A stretch of 15,973 bases of DNA from Planctomycetota bacterium (GCA_038227875.1 JBBRPR010000108.1:1-15973), one strand, 5' to 3'; positions 1 to 9,717 are shown, counted from the first letter of the stretch. Notes: generated from the sequence alone by a model not told the origin. Program-made: numbers and translations.

Positions 1-1
1 C

Positions 2-469
2 ACCAACGACGCTGCCAGCGCGGTGACGCGGTTGCTGGACTTGGGTATCGAGCCGTATTTGGTTGCCAGCAGCGTGATGGGCGTGCTGGCGCAGCGGTTG
101 GTGCGACGCGTCTGCCCGGATTGCGTATCGCCGTACACGCCGACGTCGTCCGAGCGCGCGTGGCTGGGCGTGGAAGATACGAGCGGCATGCGACGGGGCG
201 TCGGTTGTGATGCGTGTCGGCATACCGGCTTCCGCGGCCGCGTCGGCACGTTCGAACTGCTTGAACCGAGCGACGTCATAAGAAAACTCATCGGCGATCG
301 CGCCACCGCCGGCCAGATCAAGGCCGCCGCCGTCGCCGCGGGCATGCGCACGCTGCGCGACGACGGCATTGAAAAAGTGCGGGCCGGCTCGACCACGGTT
401 GCGGAAATTGAACGCATCGCTTTGCGCGGGAACGTGGCGTCGGAACCCGAGGAGATCGAAGACGCCTAA
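2..469 (+). CDS. gspE: Type II secretion/T4P assembly ATPase GspE/PilB, C-terminal part (runs off the left edge)
   Basis: The frame is open from base 2: [58 protein letters not shown]. This shows the tail of the His box, the tetracysteine Zn motif and the typical GspE C-terminus. Confidence 0.95.
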   Translation, partial: TNDAASAVTRLLDLGIEPYLVASSVMGVLAQRLVRRVCPDCVSPYTPTSSERAWLGVEDTSGMRRGVGCDACRHTGFRGRVGTFELLEPSDVIRKLIGDRATAGQIKAAAVAAGMRTLRDDGIEKVRAGSTTVAEIERIALRGNVASEPEEIEDA

Positions 470-516
470 GTACGATTTGCTCCTCCCGGCGGGGAGGGAA
501 TGAAAGACCGATCGTC

Positions 517-1743
517 ATGGCTGTTTACTTGTATAAAGCGCTTAGCGGCCCGCGAAATGTCGCGGGCACGATTGCCGCCGACACGCCGCGGCAGGCGCGG
601 GAGTTGTTACGCGCCCAAGGTCTGACTGTACGCGACGTGGCCGAGCATCGTGCGGCAAAGCCGGGCAAGTGGATTCGGTTATCGCTGCGGCCTTCACGGC
701 CAGCAAACCGCGGGCCGGGGCGGCAGCAGGTGACAACATTCATTCGCGAAGTCGCCACGCTGCTGAGCGTCGGCACGCCGCTGCTGGAGGCGATGGAAAT
801 CTTATCGCGTCAACACCGTGGCCGGGCGCGGTCGTCGATTTTGCTGCTGCGCGACCACGTCGCCGCAGGCGGAAGCTTGGCAAGTGCAATGCGGCTGCAG
901 GGAGGCGCGTTCGACGAACTAGCGATCAACATCGCCGATGTCGGCGAAGACAGCGGATCGCTCGATTCATCGCTGGAACGCCTCGCCGTCTTCCGCGAAC
1001 GGGCCGAACAGTTCAAAAACCGGTTAGGGACGGCGCTGCTCTACCCGATGATCGTCACGCTGGTTGGCTCGTGCGCGGCGGTATTTTTGATGACCTTCGT
1101 CGTGCCGAGAATTCTGCAGCCATTGGTGGAGCAGGCCCTGCCGCTGCCGCTGCCGACGCGGATCGTGAAAGGTGTGAGCGACTTCTTGCTGGTGTGGTGG
1201 TGGGCACTGGGAATTCTCGGTGCGCTGGCTGCAGCGGGCGTGTCATCTATGCTTAAGTCCCCGCGAGGAAGAATGCTGTTTCAGCGGGCGGCGATGCGGC
1301 TACCCATTCTCGGGCCGATCGCGCTGAAGCAGAGCGTCGTGCGCGTGGCCGTCGTGCTAAGCACCCTTCTCAAGAGTGGCGTGGTGTTTGTTAAAGCGCT
1401 ACAGGTGGCGCGGCGGTCGACGGGGAATTGGCCGGTGCGCGACGCGCTGGAGAAGTGCGAGGCCGCCATCATCGCCGGGGCAGACATTTCTGAAGCCCTG
1501 GAGCGGACCAATACCTTCCCGCCGATGGTGGTCCAGCTTCTTGCGCTGGGCCAGCAATCCGGACGGATGGAGGAGATGCTCGATCAACTCGCCGCCGCAT
1601 ATGAAGCACAGATTTCCACTGATGCCAACCGTTTGGCTGCAGTGTTCGAGCCGGTGATGATTATCATCCTGGCAGTGTTCGTCCTGTTTATCGTGCTGGC
1701 AACGGTGCTGCCGATACTTGAGGTTGGGAATGCGATTCAATAG
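517..1743 (+). CDS. gspF: Type II secretion inner-membrane platform protein GspF/PilC
   Basis: 408 aa with two T2SSF repeats (GEDSGSLDSSLERLA; GQQSGRMEEMLDQLA), ALLYP and EPVMII motifs, and three hydrophobic segments. It directly follows gspE. Confidence 0.95.
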   Translation: MAVYLYKALSGPRNVAGTIAADTPRQARELLRAQGLTVRDVAEHRAAKPGKWIRLSLRPSRPANRGPGRQQVTTFIREVATLLSVGTPLLEAMEILSRQHRGRARSSILLLRDHVAAGGSLASAMRLQGGAFDELAINIADVGEDSGSLDSSLERLAVFRERAEQFKNRLGTALLYPMIVTLVGSCAAVFLMTFVVPRILQPLVEQALPLPLPTRIVKGVSDFLLVWWWALGILGALAAAGVSSMLKSPRGRMLFQRAAMRLPILGPIALKQSVVRVAVVLSTLLKSGVVFVKALQVARRSTGNWPVRDALEKCEAAIIAGADISEALERTNTFPPMVVQLLALGQQSGRMEEMLDQLAAAYEAQISTDANRLAAVFEPVMIIILAVFVLFIVLATVLPILEVGNAIQ

Positions 1744-2152
1744 TCGGCCGGTAAACGTGCGGGGTTTCTCGCTCGTCGAAGTCATGATCGTCGTCGTCAT
1801 CATCGGTCTGATGGCAGGGGTAGTGACGTACGCGACGAGCGGGTACCTGGAGCGTGCCAAACGCCAGCGAGCCCGCACAGACGTCGCGACGTACAGTGGC
1901 GCGGTCGACAGCTATTACCTCGTCAAAGGTAGCTACCCACAGAACCGGCAGGGGCTAAGCGCTTTGGTCCCCGATTTAATCAAGCAATTGCGCAACGATC
2001 CGTGGGGCAACCCTTACCAATACCTGCAGCCGGGCCGGACGGGCGCGTACGAAATTGTCAGCTACGGTGCCGACGGTCGTGAAGGCGGCAGCGGTGCCGA
2101 CGCCGACGTGAGCAGCAACGACCCTGAAACCATCGAGTCCAAGCCCAAATGA
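1730..2152 (+). CDS. gspG: Major pseudopilin GspG
   Basis: Prepilin site RG|FSLVEVMIVVVIIG, plus GSYP..GLSAL, DPWGNPYQY and SYGADGREGG motifs. ATG at 1730 with GAGG at 1720-1723. Confidence 0.93.
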   Translation: MRFNSRPVNVRGFSLVEVMIVVVIIGLMAGVVTYATSGYLERAKRQRARTDVATYSGAVDSYYLVKGSYPQNRQGLSALVPDLIKQLRNDPWGNPYQYLQPGRTGAYEIVSYGADGREGGSGADADVSSNDPETIESKPK

Positions 2153-2643
2153 GCCGACGCGGCTTTACACTCATCGAAGTGATGCTGGCGGTGTTGCTGC
2201 TGGCGCTGCTGACGGCGGGCGTGACGCTGAAATCGTCGGGCCTGCTTTCCGCCGGGCGGGCTGAAGACGCGGTGAATCTGGTTAGATCCTTCGACGCGGC
2301 CGCCCGGCAATGGGCTGTTGCTTCCGGCCGGCCGGCGCGGATGTCGTTCGACCTGGCCGCCGGGACGTTGTCGCGCCTTGACGGCAAGTCCACGACCGTC
2401 GTGTCTCTACCGCCGAAATTGCGCATCGACCATATCAAGGTCGGCGGCCGTGATGAAACGCTCGGTTTAGTGCTGATTGATGTATCGCCGCGCGGCTGGT
2501 CCAGGTCCTACGCGCTGCGGCTAAGCGGACCAGGCGGGGAACGATGGCTGAGTATCGCCGGATTGTCCGGCGTCGTAACAGAGACGAGCAATGAACGCGA
2601 CTTGCCTGAAGCGCCGAGCACACCGGGGTACGACACTCATTGA
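2149..2643 (+). CDS. gspH: Minor pseudopilin, GspH-like
   Basis: MSRRG|FTLIEVML prepilin site, AARQWAVASGRP motif typical of GspH/FimT, ATGA overlap with gspG. Confidence 0.8.
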   Translation: MSRRGFTLIEVMLAVLLLALLTAGVTLKSSGLLSAGRAEDAVNLVRSFDAAARQWAVASGRPARMSFDLAAGTLSRLDGKSTTVVSLPPKLRIDHIKVGGRDETLGLVLIDVSPRGWSRSYALRLSGPGGERWLSIAGLSGVVTETSNERDLPEAPSTPGYDTH

Positions 2644-2998
2644 GGTCGTGCTGGGGCTCGTGATTCTCTCGACGCTGCTGGCGTCGGTGGTTGTCGCGCG
2701 CGGCCGGTTCGTGCGTCAATGGAGCGAGGCGGATCAGACGCTGCGCCTGGTCCAGGATGCTGACAGGCTCATCGCCCGCTGGCTCGCCGGACCGCCGCAG
2801 GACGTGCCAATTAATCGAAGCGGCGTCGAGGGAACGGCGGCGTGGCTCACTCAGAGCGTGCCCGACCGCGAAGCGACGGCGGTGGGGGCGGTGGTAATAC
2901 GACTTACGATGCGCGCCGCGCGTGGGCCAAACGTGGCGGTGGATTTTCTGCTTCGCGACCCGCGGCTAGCGACCACCCAACCGACGGAGGCGCCATGA
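2591..2998 (+). CDS. gspI: Minor pseudopilin, GspI-like
   Basis: RRAHRG|TTLIEVVLGLVIL prepilin site, 135 aa, third pilin of the series. The I assignment is positional. Confidence 0.7.
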   Translation: MNATCLKRRAHRGTTLIEVVLGLVILSTLLASVVVARGRFVRQWSEADQTLRLVQDADRLIARWLAGPPQDVPINRSGVEGTAAWLTQSVPDREATAVGAVVIRLTMRAARGPNVAVDFLLRDPRLATTQPTEAP

Positions 2999-3492
2999 GC
3001 CGCCGCGGGTTCACGCTAATCGAAATGCTGTTGGCGACGGTGCTGGCCGCAGTCCTGATGACGGCGGTGCTGCTAGCGCTTAGCGGCCTTTCTCGCGACC
3101 GCGCCGCCATGGCCGCCGCCGATCCGCACCACATTCGCGGTGCGGCTGACCTGATCGAATGGGACTTGCGCTACGCGCACACCGCGACGGCCGGGGCCGA
3201 AGACGTGGTCGTGGAACTCGTCGGCAACAATGGCATCGTCCGCGGCACGCTGACACCCGACGGGCGGCTGGTCCGGGTCACGTATCGCCGGGCAGGCAAC
3301 GCTTTGTGGCGTCAGCAGGAATACCTCGACGACCCCGCGCGCCCCGAGCGGTGGCAGGAGCAGGCCGCGGGCGATTTCCGAACGCTGAGCCTACAACCAC
3401 CGCCCGGCGATTTCGCCACTGTGCTGCCGGCGCGATTGTCGTTCGATTTGGCAACAGAGAAAGAGGCCGAGCGGCGGGAGGTGTTACGGTGA
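2995..3492 (+). CDS. gspJ: Minor pseudopilin, GspJ-like
   Basis: The real start is ATG 2995 (GGAGG upstream, ATGA overlap). MSRRG|FTLIEMLL prepilin site; RVTYRRAGNALWRQ resembles the GspJ beta region. Confidence 0.78.
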   Translation: MSRRGFTLIEMLLATVLAAVLMTAVLLALSGLSRDRAAMAAADPHHIRGAADLIEWDLRYAHTATAGAEDVVVELVGNNGIVRGTLTPDGRLVRVTYRRAGNALWRQQEYLDDPARPERWQEQAAGDFRTLSLQPPPGDFATVLPARLSFDLATEKEAERREVLR

Positions 3493-4427
3493 AGTCATCG
3501 CGCGCCTTCAATCGCGGATATGTTCTGCTTGTTACGCTGGGTCTGTTGGTCTTGTCGACAACATTACTGGTAGCGGTGGCGCGGACAGCGGTTCGACACG
3601 TGGCGGATGCGAAGTTGGCCGAGCAGCAGTTGCAGCGGAAGTGGGCAATCGAGAGTGCCAAGCGGGCGGTGCTGCCGTTTTCTGAACAGGTGCTTTCCAC
3701 CGTGGAGCTGGTCGAGCGCCGGCCGGTTCCGAGCGTGACTGCCGACGTGCGGCTGGGCGAATGGACAGTGTCGCTGACCGTGGCCGACGAACAGGCGAAA
3801 GCGAACGTCAACACACTTCTGGAAAAGGACAAGGCCGCCGACGCAGAAGACCGCTTGCGCCGAACGCTGTCGGGCACACTGGCCATAGCTCATGTGCGCC
3901 TGCGGCTTGGCCCGGACGACCTCACCCGCGGTCCACCCGGGCCGGACGGCGAACCGCGCCTCACGGTCCTTAGCGGCTGGGGGCAGGTGTTCGACGACGT
4001 CTCCGAAGAAGTCGTTCGTCCTCCTGGCGGTCGCTCGCCGTTGGACCTGCTAACACTCTGGGGGAACGGCGGGCTAAACATCATGCGCGCGGGACCCGAG
4101 ACGATGCGGGCTGCCCTGACGCCGTCACTGACCGCTCTGCAGATCCAGCGCCTCATCAAGGCCCGGGATGAAGCCTTGTCGCTACGGCGCGATGCACGCG
4201 CCCCGGCTGGCATTGCGGCATTGCCCGGGGGGGCCGACGCGGTAACGCGACTGCTCGCCGGGAGCGGCATCGATCCGGGGGTTCGGGCGAAGGTAGCGTT
4301 GGTGGCGGGGTCGAATTGTCATTCCCTGACGATTCAAATTCGCGACGGCCGGCGGGTTTGGTATAATACGAGCGTCCTCGACGAAAGCCGTCCACAGCGT
4401 CCCCGGACATTTAACTTCGACTATTGA
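3489..4427 (+). CDS. gspK: Minor pseudopilin GspK
   Basis: GTG start overlapping the gspJ stop. NRG|YVLLVTL prepilin site lacks Glu5, a GspK hallmark. DEQAKANVN and GGLNIMRA motifs present. Confidence 0.85.
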   Translation: MKSSRAFNRGYVLLVTLGLLVLSTTLLVAVARTAVRHVADAKLAEQQLQRKWAIESAKRAVLPFSEQVLSTVELVERRPVPSVTADVRLGEWTVSLTVADEQAKANVNTLLEKDKAADAEDRLRRTLSGTLAIAHVRLRLGPDDLTRGPPGPDGEPRLTVLSGWGQVFDDVSEEVVRPPGGRSPLDLLTLWGNGGLNIMRAGPETMRAALTPSLTALQIQRLIKARDEALSLRRDARAPAGIAALPGGADAVTRLLAGSGIDPGVRAKVALVAGSNCHSLTIQIRDGRRVWYNTSVLDESRPQRPRTFNFDY

Positions 4428-4936
4428 GTCCCATGAGCCCCAGGCGCCTTGATCGTTCGCTTCGCGTAGTCGCCGCCGGCTTCGGTGCTCTGGCGGTGCT
4501 GGTGTTGGTCGGCGGGCTGCTGATTCCGTTGGAGACCGTGTCACTGACTCAGCGGGCCACGCACTTGTCCACCACGCGGCCTTCCGGCGTGGGGTCGAAT
4601 GCGCCGACACCGGAATCGTTCGGTAATGCCCTGACACGCCCGCTGCGTCCCTCACTGGTCGACGCGCCGCCCGTTGCCGACACTGCTCGCACCTCCCCCG
4701 GTCCCGCTGTTTCAGCAGAGCAGATGAAATTAGTCGGCACTGTCGGCGAATCCGTTGCCATGATTCAGGGCCCGAAAGGCCAAATCGTGCTGGTAGAAGT
4801 AGGGGATGACTTGGAAGGCATGCTTGTCACCGCGATCCGCGAACGCATGGTTGAGCTGCAACAGGGTAATCGCGTGATCCGCCTGGAGAAGCCCAAGTCG
4901 CCTGCCCCGCTGGACGCCGAAATTTCGGCCCGCTGA
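4424..4936 (+). CDS. GspC/PilP-like bitopic protein (HR domain, no PDZ)
   Basis: N-terminal TM helix, Pro/Thr-rich linker, then MKLVGTVGESVAMIQGPKGQIVLVEVGDDLEGMLVTAIRERMVEL, which resembles the GspC homology region. Start is TTG 4424 or ATG 4433. Confidence 0.65.
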   Translation: MSPMSPRRLDRSLRVVAAGFGALAVLVLVGGLLIPLETVSLTQRATHLSTTRPSGVGSNAPTPESFGNALTRPLRPSLVDAPPVADTARTSPGPAVSAEQMKLVGTVGESVAMIQGPKGQIVLVEVGDDLEGMLVTAIRERMVELQQGNRVIRLEKPKSPAPLDAEISAR

Positions 4937-4950
4937 AGGGTGCGCCTCTT

Positions 4951-6321
4951 ATGTCCGACAACGAATTCACGCTCTTCACAGCCGAAAGCGATTGGCGGCT
5001 GGCCCGCGTCCACGCGGGTATTGTCACCTGGACGAACACTCCGCGAGATCAGGTAGCGGCTGCACTGCGCGAGCAGGGCTACGCCGGTCGCCCGATTGTT
5101 TTAGCGCTGCCGTCGGCAGATTGCCTTTCCGTCCGCGTGTCAACGGCGGGGCTGCCTCGCGGCGACCGGCGGGCGATGGTGTACCGCCTGGAAGAGCAGC
5201 TCCCGCTAGCCGCCGAGGACGTCGTTGCTGATTTCGCGCCCGTCTCGGCGGGTGACGACGTGCTGGCCGGTTGCGTGGTGCTCGATCACGTCATGGAGAC
5301 CGTGAACGCGCTGGAAAGCGCCGGCGTTGCCATCGGCTGGATCGTCCCGGCGACGCTGGGTGCGGCCCAGTCGCTGGCCCAATCGCTGTCGCCATCGCTG
5401 GCGCGCGACCGCGACGACCAGGCCAAAGCCGCAACTGTCCTGCTGCTGGCAGAGCCGCCGTTGACGGACGCTGTATCCCAACTGTCGGTCGTTACGCTCG
5501 AGGGCGGCGTGCCGGTCGATTGGGCGCTTCTGCCTGCCGTGGCCGATGACGTGCAACTGCACTTGAAACTAATTTCGGCCGACCGACAGATCAGGCCGCA
5601 CGTGCAGGCAGTCGGTTTAGACAAGGACTTCTGCTCGGCTCTTGAAAACGCGCTCGGGTGGCTCGTCCACCGCCGCGACGAAGAAGTTGCTATCGCCGCC
5701 GCCGGCTTCTGCAGCGAGTTGCTGAACGGCACGGCGCGGCCGTGGCTTGATTTCCGGCGCGATGCGCTGGCCGCGTCCGACCGCTTGGCCCTTCACCGCC
5801 CGGCGCTAAGCGCCGCGCTGGCCGCCGCAGCCGTGTTGCTGGTGACGCTGACGGCAGTGCTGTTTTACCGGTCCGCGGCCTACTCAAACGCCGCGGCACG
5901 GGATCAAGCCGAAATGCGGAGTCATTTCACGCAGCAGTTCCCCGATTTCGCCATGCCTGCTGACGTCCGCGCAGTGGTGTCAGCCGAGCGACGCAAAGCG
6001 GCGTCGGCCAGTTCCACACCCACGGCAGGGGAAGCAGCATACGGCACGGCGCTGCTGACATTGCGCGACGTGCTGACAAACCTGCCCGAGGGCAACCGGT
6101 TTTCATTGTCTGCTTTGAGTGTGCAGGATGCATCACTGACACTCAGCGGCCGGATGGCATCCTTCGAGCAGGCCGACGCGCTAGCGGCCGCGGCGCGCAA
6201 GAGTGGAATGGACGTCCCGCAGCCGCAAACGCGCCGCAGCGCCGATGGCACGTGGACTTTCGTTTTGCAAGGCACGCGCTCGGCGGAAAGGTCGGCGTCG
6301 GCTGAGGGGGTGCCACGATGA
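4951..6321 (+). CDS. gspL: GspL-like protein (cytoplasmic domain + TM + PilN-like periplasmic domain)
   Basis: 456 aa; VLALPSADCLS..YRLEEQLPLAAEDVVADF motif; one TM near aa 290-305; C-terminal LTLSGRMASFEQADAL. Confidence 0.8.
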   Translation: MSDNEFTLFTAESDWRLARVHAGIVTWTNTPRDQVAAALREQGYAGRPIVLALPSADCLSVRVSTAGLPRGDRRAMVYRLEEQLPLAAEDVVADFAPVSAGDDVLAGCVVLDHVMETVNALESAGVAIGWIVPATLGAAQSLAQSLSPSLARDRDDQAKAATVLLLAEPPLTDAVSQLSVVTLEGGVPVDWALLPAVADDVQLHLKLISADRQIRPHVQAVGLDKDFCSALENALGWLVHRRDEEVAIAAAGFCSELLNGTARPWLDFRRDALAASDRLALHRPALSAALAAAAVLLVTLTAVLFYRSAAYSNAAARDQAEMRSHFTQQFPDFAMPADVRAVVSAERRKAASASSTPTAGEAAYGTALLTLRDVLTNLPEGNRFSLSALSVQDASLTLSGRMASFEQADALAAAARKSGMDVPQPQTRRSADGTWTFVLQGTRSAERSASAEGVPR

Positions 6322-6824
6322 AGCCCTGGACCACTAACGCGTTGATGGGCATCGTTGCCGCAGCGCTGCTCGCCACGCCCATCGGCTACGCCCGCCTGGC
6401 TGCAAGCCGCACCGCGGCCATGAATTCCCGACAGGACTTAGCCGCGGTAAAGGCCGACCTCGCTGAACTCGGGGCGTGGCACATGACGGCAACACCGGCC
6501 ACGGATTCGACTGACCTCAACCGCCGCATCCGGTCGGCCGCGACGGCGGCGGGGCTGGAAGAGAAACTCGCCAGCATCGAGCCCGGGCCGACCCTCCGCG
6601 TGGGCGATACCGACACGCTTCGCACGCCGATCTACCTGCGGCTGGAGAACGTCACGCTTGCCCGCTTAGTGCCGTTTCTCACCGACCTTGCCCGTGGTGA
6701 CACGTCGTTACGCGTCACCGGCATCGAACTGTCCGCCCCGATCGGCCTGCCCGCCAACGGCGAAGAGACTTGGACTGCGGATCTCACCCTCAGTGAATCG
6801 TCAATCGGCGGACCTGTGAAATGA
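6318..6824 (+). CDS. gspM: GspM/PilO-like protein
   Basis: TM, coiled coil, then LRLENVTLARLVPFL..LRVTGIELS ferredoxin-like pattern. ATGA overlap with gspL. Confidence 0.75.
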   Translation: MKPWTTNALMGIVAAALLATPIGYARLAASRTAAMNSRQDLAAVKADLAELGAWHMTATPATDSTDLNRRIRSAATAAGLEEKLASIEPGPTLRVGDTDTLRTPIYLRLENVTLARLVPFLTDLARGDTSLRVTGIELSAPIGLPANGEETWTADLTLSESSIGGPVK

Positions 6825-6852
6825 TAGCGACTCGCACACTGGACAATACCCA

Positions 6853-7452
6853 ATGAACTTCACTTCTCGCACCGTTCTTTCGCTCGTGATTGCCACATTG
6901 GCTTTGCTCGGCGGTTGTGCGGTGAAATCCAGCTCCGGCGGCAATGACACGCCGCTGCGCGGCAACGTAGCCGTCAACACCGCCCAGGCAAAGACCGACA
7001 CCGACGCCGCGTTTGATCTGATTCGCCAAGGCAAACTCGATGACGCCAAGCGGTTGCTGCTTGGCGCACTCGCCGCCGATCCGATGTACGGCCCGGCGCA
7101 CAATGACTTGGGCCTCGTTCACTTCGCGCAGGGCCGCGATTACGAAGCGGCTTGGTCGTTCGAGCGGGCGGCCAAGCTGATGCCTAAGCAGGGTGAGCCG
7201 CAGAACAACATCGGCCTCGTATACGAACGCGCCGGCCGCTACGCGGACGCTGAGGCAGCGTACCGGACCGCGCTCGACCTCGATTCCCACAACATCGAAT
7301 TCATCGCGAACCTCGCTCGGGTACGCGTGAGGCAAGGGTTGTTCGACGAATCGACGACGAAACTGCTCAACGAAATCGCCTCGCGCGACCACCGCCCCGA
7401 GTGGGTCGATTGGGCCCGCTCGAACCTTAACCGCGGCGTCGGCCAGCCCTGA
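6853..7452 (+). CDS. TPR lipoprotein, PilF/PilW-like pilotin candidate
   Basis: Signal peptide with lipobox LLGG|C and several TPR repeats (AHNDLGLVHF, PQNNIGLVYERAGRYADAEAAYRTAL, NLARVR). Last gene of the T2SS run. Confidence 0.8.
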   Translation: MNFTSRTVLSLVIATLALLGGCAVKSSSGGNDTPLRGNVAVNTAQAKTDTDAAFDLIRQGKLDDAKRLLLGALAADPMYGPAHNDLGLVHFAQGRDYEAAWSFERAAKLMPKQGEPQNNIGLVYERAGRYADAEAAYRTALDLDSHNIEFIANLARVRVRQGLFDESTTKLLNEIASRDHRPEWVDWARSNLNRGVGQP

Positions 7453-7483
7453 GCATCACCGATGCTAAGCTGGTGCGTTTTCA

Positions 7484-7515
7484 CCGCCAAGGCGTGAAAC
7501 CTTGGCGGCTTCTTC
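7484..7515 (+). terminator. Hairpin downstream of the T2SS operon, probable terminator
   Basis: CCGCCAAGG (7484-7492) / CCTTGGCGG (7500-7508) form a perfect 9-bp stem followed by CTTCTTC, a weak U-tract. It lies between convergent genes. Confidence 0.5.
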
Positions 7516-7767
7516 GACCGCCGCAATCGGTTTGAATTCAGCGCTAAGCGCCGTCCGAGTTTCCTTCAAGCTCAACTTGGCGAACGAAGAGCAGTGCGCT
7601 CCTGATTGCGTGGCGGCTGGGGGGTGTCTTCACTTTGACATTTGAAAGCATCGTTGTATTTTGGGTCGAACCATTTGAGGCTGGCCAAACCCTGAGGCGA
7701 CGCATTTTTTCGAATCGCGAACTGGGCAGACTGCCGAGGCCAAATCCCAATCTCAATTCGCGATGTT

Positions 7768-9288
7768 TCAAAATGCCTTAGCATTCATCGCCGATTCGGC
7801 AATTGTCTGAAGGGCCTGCCCTTGAGCTTGAGAGACGCCTACTTTGGTAAACAAACTGTTGAGATCGATCGTTTTGACGTCTGAGTGATAAATAGTTTCA
7901 TAGAGAACCATTGCTGACAGGAGGTACCCGGCGTCGCTAGCGTGGTGCAGGTCGGTGTCGTACAGGCCCGTCCAGCCGGCCCGCTGGAACGCATCGCCCA
8001 CAAGCGCAACTCTTGCTTGCCCCTGCCCGGCCGTGGTGTTCAGAATTGCGGCGGCGGCCGTGTAGTACTGGCGGAGTTCTTTTTGCATTTGATTCGCCGC
8101 GGCTGACGGTTTCGCGCTGTATGGATAGTACGATTTCAGCGTCGCTGCATCAGTCGGCGGCACGGACCAGGTCTCAAACAGCACGGGCTCCGCTCCCGCA
8201 GCGACGGCGTGAACCTTGTTGTATAGAGCTAATGCGTCGCTTTCGAACCGTGAGGCATTCCCGAGCGAGTCAAAACTGATGTTCGTCGGCTTGGTCGAAC
8301 GTTCTTGGATAATCACGTAGTCGAGAGACGGCGAAACATCGCCCGTTGCGAAACGCGAAAGATGGAACGTGAGGTCTTTTGAATCAATCGCCTTGTTCTT
8401 CACCAGTGGCGCTTTGTAACCGGCGGCCACCGCGATCAGACTGATCAGCGTCGGCGCCGGAAGTTGGTCGCCAGTCCCAGCCTGGTGCCCGAGCGTGTAA
8501 CTGTTCCCATAGAACAGAAGCGAGAGCGCTGCCCCCGTGACCGGCGGAACAGGATCGACCGGAGTGTTCCCGAACAATGCCGCGACTGCGATAGCCGACA
8601 GCGCTCCGTTGTAAATGCGTACGTCATCGACCGCTCCATTCATAGCCCTGGATCCATTCGCCTGGGCTCCGATGCTCAATCCCATTTTGTTTTTTGGAAC
8701 CACCACCGCAGCCGCCTTACTGCTTTGGAGAATTCCGTTCACGTACAACTTCATCGTCGTGCCGTCATAAGTTGCACTGATGAGGAACCACGTTTTGCCA
8801 TCGGTGGGGAATTGCGTTGTCGAATCGATCCGGTAGGAGTCGCCGGCGGAAGCTTCATTGAGTTGAAAGAATGCCTTGCCGCCTTCCGTTAGACTCAATT
8901 CATACCCGTCGACGGTCCCGCCCTTTGCCTTCTCGACAATGACCGAAGCGTGCCTGTTCGGCTGCGGCTTCACCCACGCTGACAACGAAAACGAAGTAGA
9001 AAGATCGAGGCTGCTACTGCTGGCGACGTCCACATGGTCGCGGGTATCGCGATGAAAGGCCAAACCAGTGCCATACTTTCCGGCTGTCCATGAAGTAGCG
9101 CTCTGCAACATGCCGTTGTTGCCCGATGTCGAAGAATCCGCCGCGACAGCCCCGCGGCCGGCACTCATCTCGTACCAGGCAACCAGCGCCGGTGCTGCAG
9201 AAAGCAATCGCCTTCCTTCGAGGTGTTCAATAATGGGCGTGATGCAAATAGCGACTTTGATGGCCGTTGAAGCTGTCTTGACTGGCAT
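7768..9288 (-). CDS. Exported planctomycete-type protein: LEPRxLL motif + LamG/ConA-like domain + SGNH/GDSL-type hydrolase (DUF4886-like)
   Basis: ATG 9288 with GGAG upstream; EHLEGRRLLSA motif; LamG signature (FSLSAWVKP..ATYDGTTMKLYVNG..GAVDDVRIYNGALS); Pro linker; LLFYGNSYT, IIQERS, FETW and DLHHASDAGY SGNH-type blocks. The ORF is open up to 9357. Confidence 0.8.
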   Translation of the reverse strand: MPVKTASTAIKVAICITPIIEHLEGRRLLSAAPALVAWYEMSAGRGAVAADSSTSGNNGMLQSATSWTAGKYGTGLAFHRDTRDHVDVASSSSLDLSTSFSLSAWVKPQPNRHASVIVEKAKGGTVDGYELSLTEGGKAFFQLNEASAGDSYRIDSTTQFPTDGKTWFLISATYDGTTMKLYVNGILQSSKAAAVVVPKNKMGLSIGAQANGSRAMNGAVDDVRIYNGALSAIAVAALFGNTPVDPVPPVTGAALSLLFYGNSYTLGHQAGTGDQLPAPTLISLIAVAAGYKAPLVKNKAIDSKDLTFHLSRFATGDVSPSLDYVIIQERSTKPTNISFDSLGNASRFESDALALYNKVHAVAAGAEPVLFETWSVPPTDAATLKSYYPYSAKPSAAANQMQKELRQYYTAAAAILNTTAGQGQARVALVGDAFQRAGWTGLYDTDLHHASDAGYLLSAMVLYETIYHSDVKTIDLNSLFTKVGVSQAQGQALQTIAESAMNAKAF

Positions 9289-9717
9289 TCTGCTCTCCAA
9301 TGAAGTTGAATCGTGTGTTGGGCAATTGAATGGAATAGCTATTGTCGTCAGAAACATTTCGACAGCACATCAGGCAAAGTCCCTCACTCTTCTCGACAAT
9401 CGAACTATTCTGTTCGGAACTGCAATCCTTAACGCAGAGTGATTCAACCCCACCGGATTACAAAGGGTTAGCCGATTAGGGGGGCGTAGGCCCAAAATTT
9501 TAGAGCCAGACTTGATCGAAATTCGCACTCGTGACGCGGCCGCATCTCGCTACTGCCGCATCTTCAATCCTCGCTTGTGCAATTCCAATCCTTTCTCGCC
9601 TTGGCGTCTATGCCGACGATTCGGAACGATACCTCTATCGACTTCTGGGAGGCGTGTACGGATGGGCGTCATTCTTCCGACGATCTTCATGGCAGGAGGG
9701 AAGTGCTTCGTACGGCT

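Noticed and set aside
482..497. CCTCCC-GGCG-GGGAGG hairpin between gspE and gspF
   Set aside because: Only a 6-bp stem with no U-tract, so it cannot be supported as a terminator or regulatory element.
2842..3488. Long N-terminal extensions of gspJ (from 2842) and gspK (from 3159) in the ORF track
   Set aside because: Prepilin motifs and stop/start overlaps place the starts at 2995 and 3489.
318..7526. Numerous antisense and alternate-frame ORFs over the T2SS genes (similar ones overlie yebC, hsdM, the transposase and abiE)
   Set aside because: These are Arg/Ala/Pro-rich shadow ORFs expected in high-GC coding DNA, with no motifs.
7676..7720. GGCCAAACCCTGAGGCGACGCA resembling a c-di-GMP-I riboswitch core
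   Set aside because: It has no GNRA-capped P2 stem or P3 receptor, and it lies between convergent 3' ends rather than in a 5' leader.
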